NCBI GenBank assembly: GCA_951406725.2 | Contig: OX597816.1 | Span: forward strand, 45,818,001 to 45,882,000 | Direction: 5' to 3' | Source: Octopus vulgaris | Lineage: Eukaryota | Length of the DNA: 64,000 nucleotides | Part shown: piece after piece, positions 63,640 through 64,000 of the stretch | Layout of the letters: every line of letters begins with the position of its first letter | Numbering within the stretch: the first letter of the stretch is position 1 | The notes under the pieces: model-generated | What the model was told of the DNA's origin: nothing | Database searches by the model: none | The model's input: the letters and a program-made list of their open reading frames with translations, nothing else | Made by a program: the position numbers and the translations under genes

Positions 63640-64000
63640 GAGAGAGAGAGAGACCTGAATTCCAAGCAGGGTCACAGACTCATATTACAAGCTGCCTACT
63701 TCTAACCCAATCAGTTAAGTGGAACAGATGAAATTTCTTGGGGGAAGAAATGTTTGTTGCTAAGGGAGACACAGTCATACTGATGCAATAATAACACTTT
63801 CCCTTTGACTTGATGATTAAAACAAATCAAGACCCCCACCAGCACCCATTAACCAAAAATTAAGAATAAATAAAAAATAATTGTGACAAAGGTGTTGGCA
63901 TGGTTATGTGGTTAAGAAGCTTTTGTTAAAGCCATGTGAAAGATGGAAACTATATAGAAGCCTATTGCATGCATGCATGTAAACATGTATATATGTATGT

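Overview
AT-rich, repeat-saturated eukaryotic DNA, most likely from a coleoid cephalopod (Octopus). This assignment is inferred from memory of the SINE/RTE repertoire and the extreme (TA)n/(TG)n/(GA)n/(TAA)n/(GAT)n microsatellite load. No host protein-coding exon can be recognised with confidence, and nearly all ORFs in the track are microsatellite or repeat read-throughs. Long purine tracts lie almost only on the + strand, suggesting the window is inside a large minus-strand transcription unit. Supported content: several tRNA-derived SINE families (many with target-site duplications, TSDs); a young 5'-truncated RTE LINE with an in-frame C4HC3 PHD finger plus many copies of its 3' end; other RTE and R4/Dong-like LINE 3' fragments; two mariner relics; hAT, Tc2/pogo-like and TTAA (piggyBac-like) MITEs; a non-autonomous Helitron; and a Penelope-like fragment with a decayed hammerhead. 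The most unusual structures are a near-complete combinatorial matrix of SINE bodies and 3' tails, a CRISPR-looking 7-unit ~149-bp array built from a SINE 3' end plus its own target site, nested TTAA MITEs forming long inverted repeats, and candidate regulatory and splice signals in the few unique stretches. No new multi-gene system is demonstrable from the sequence alone.
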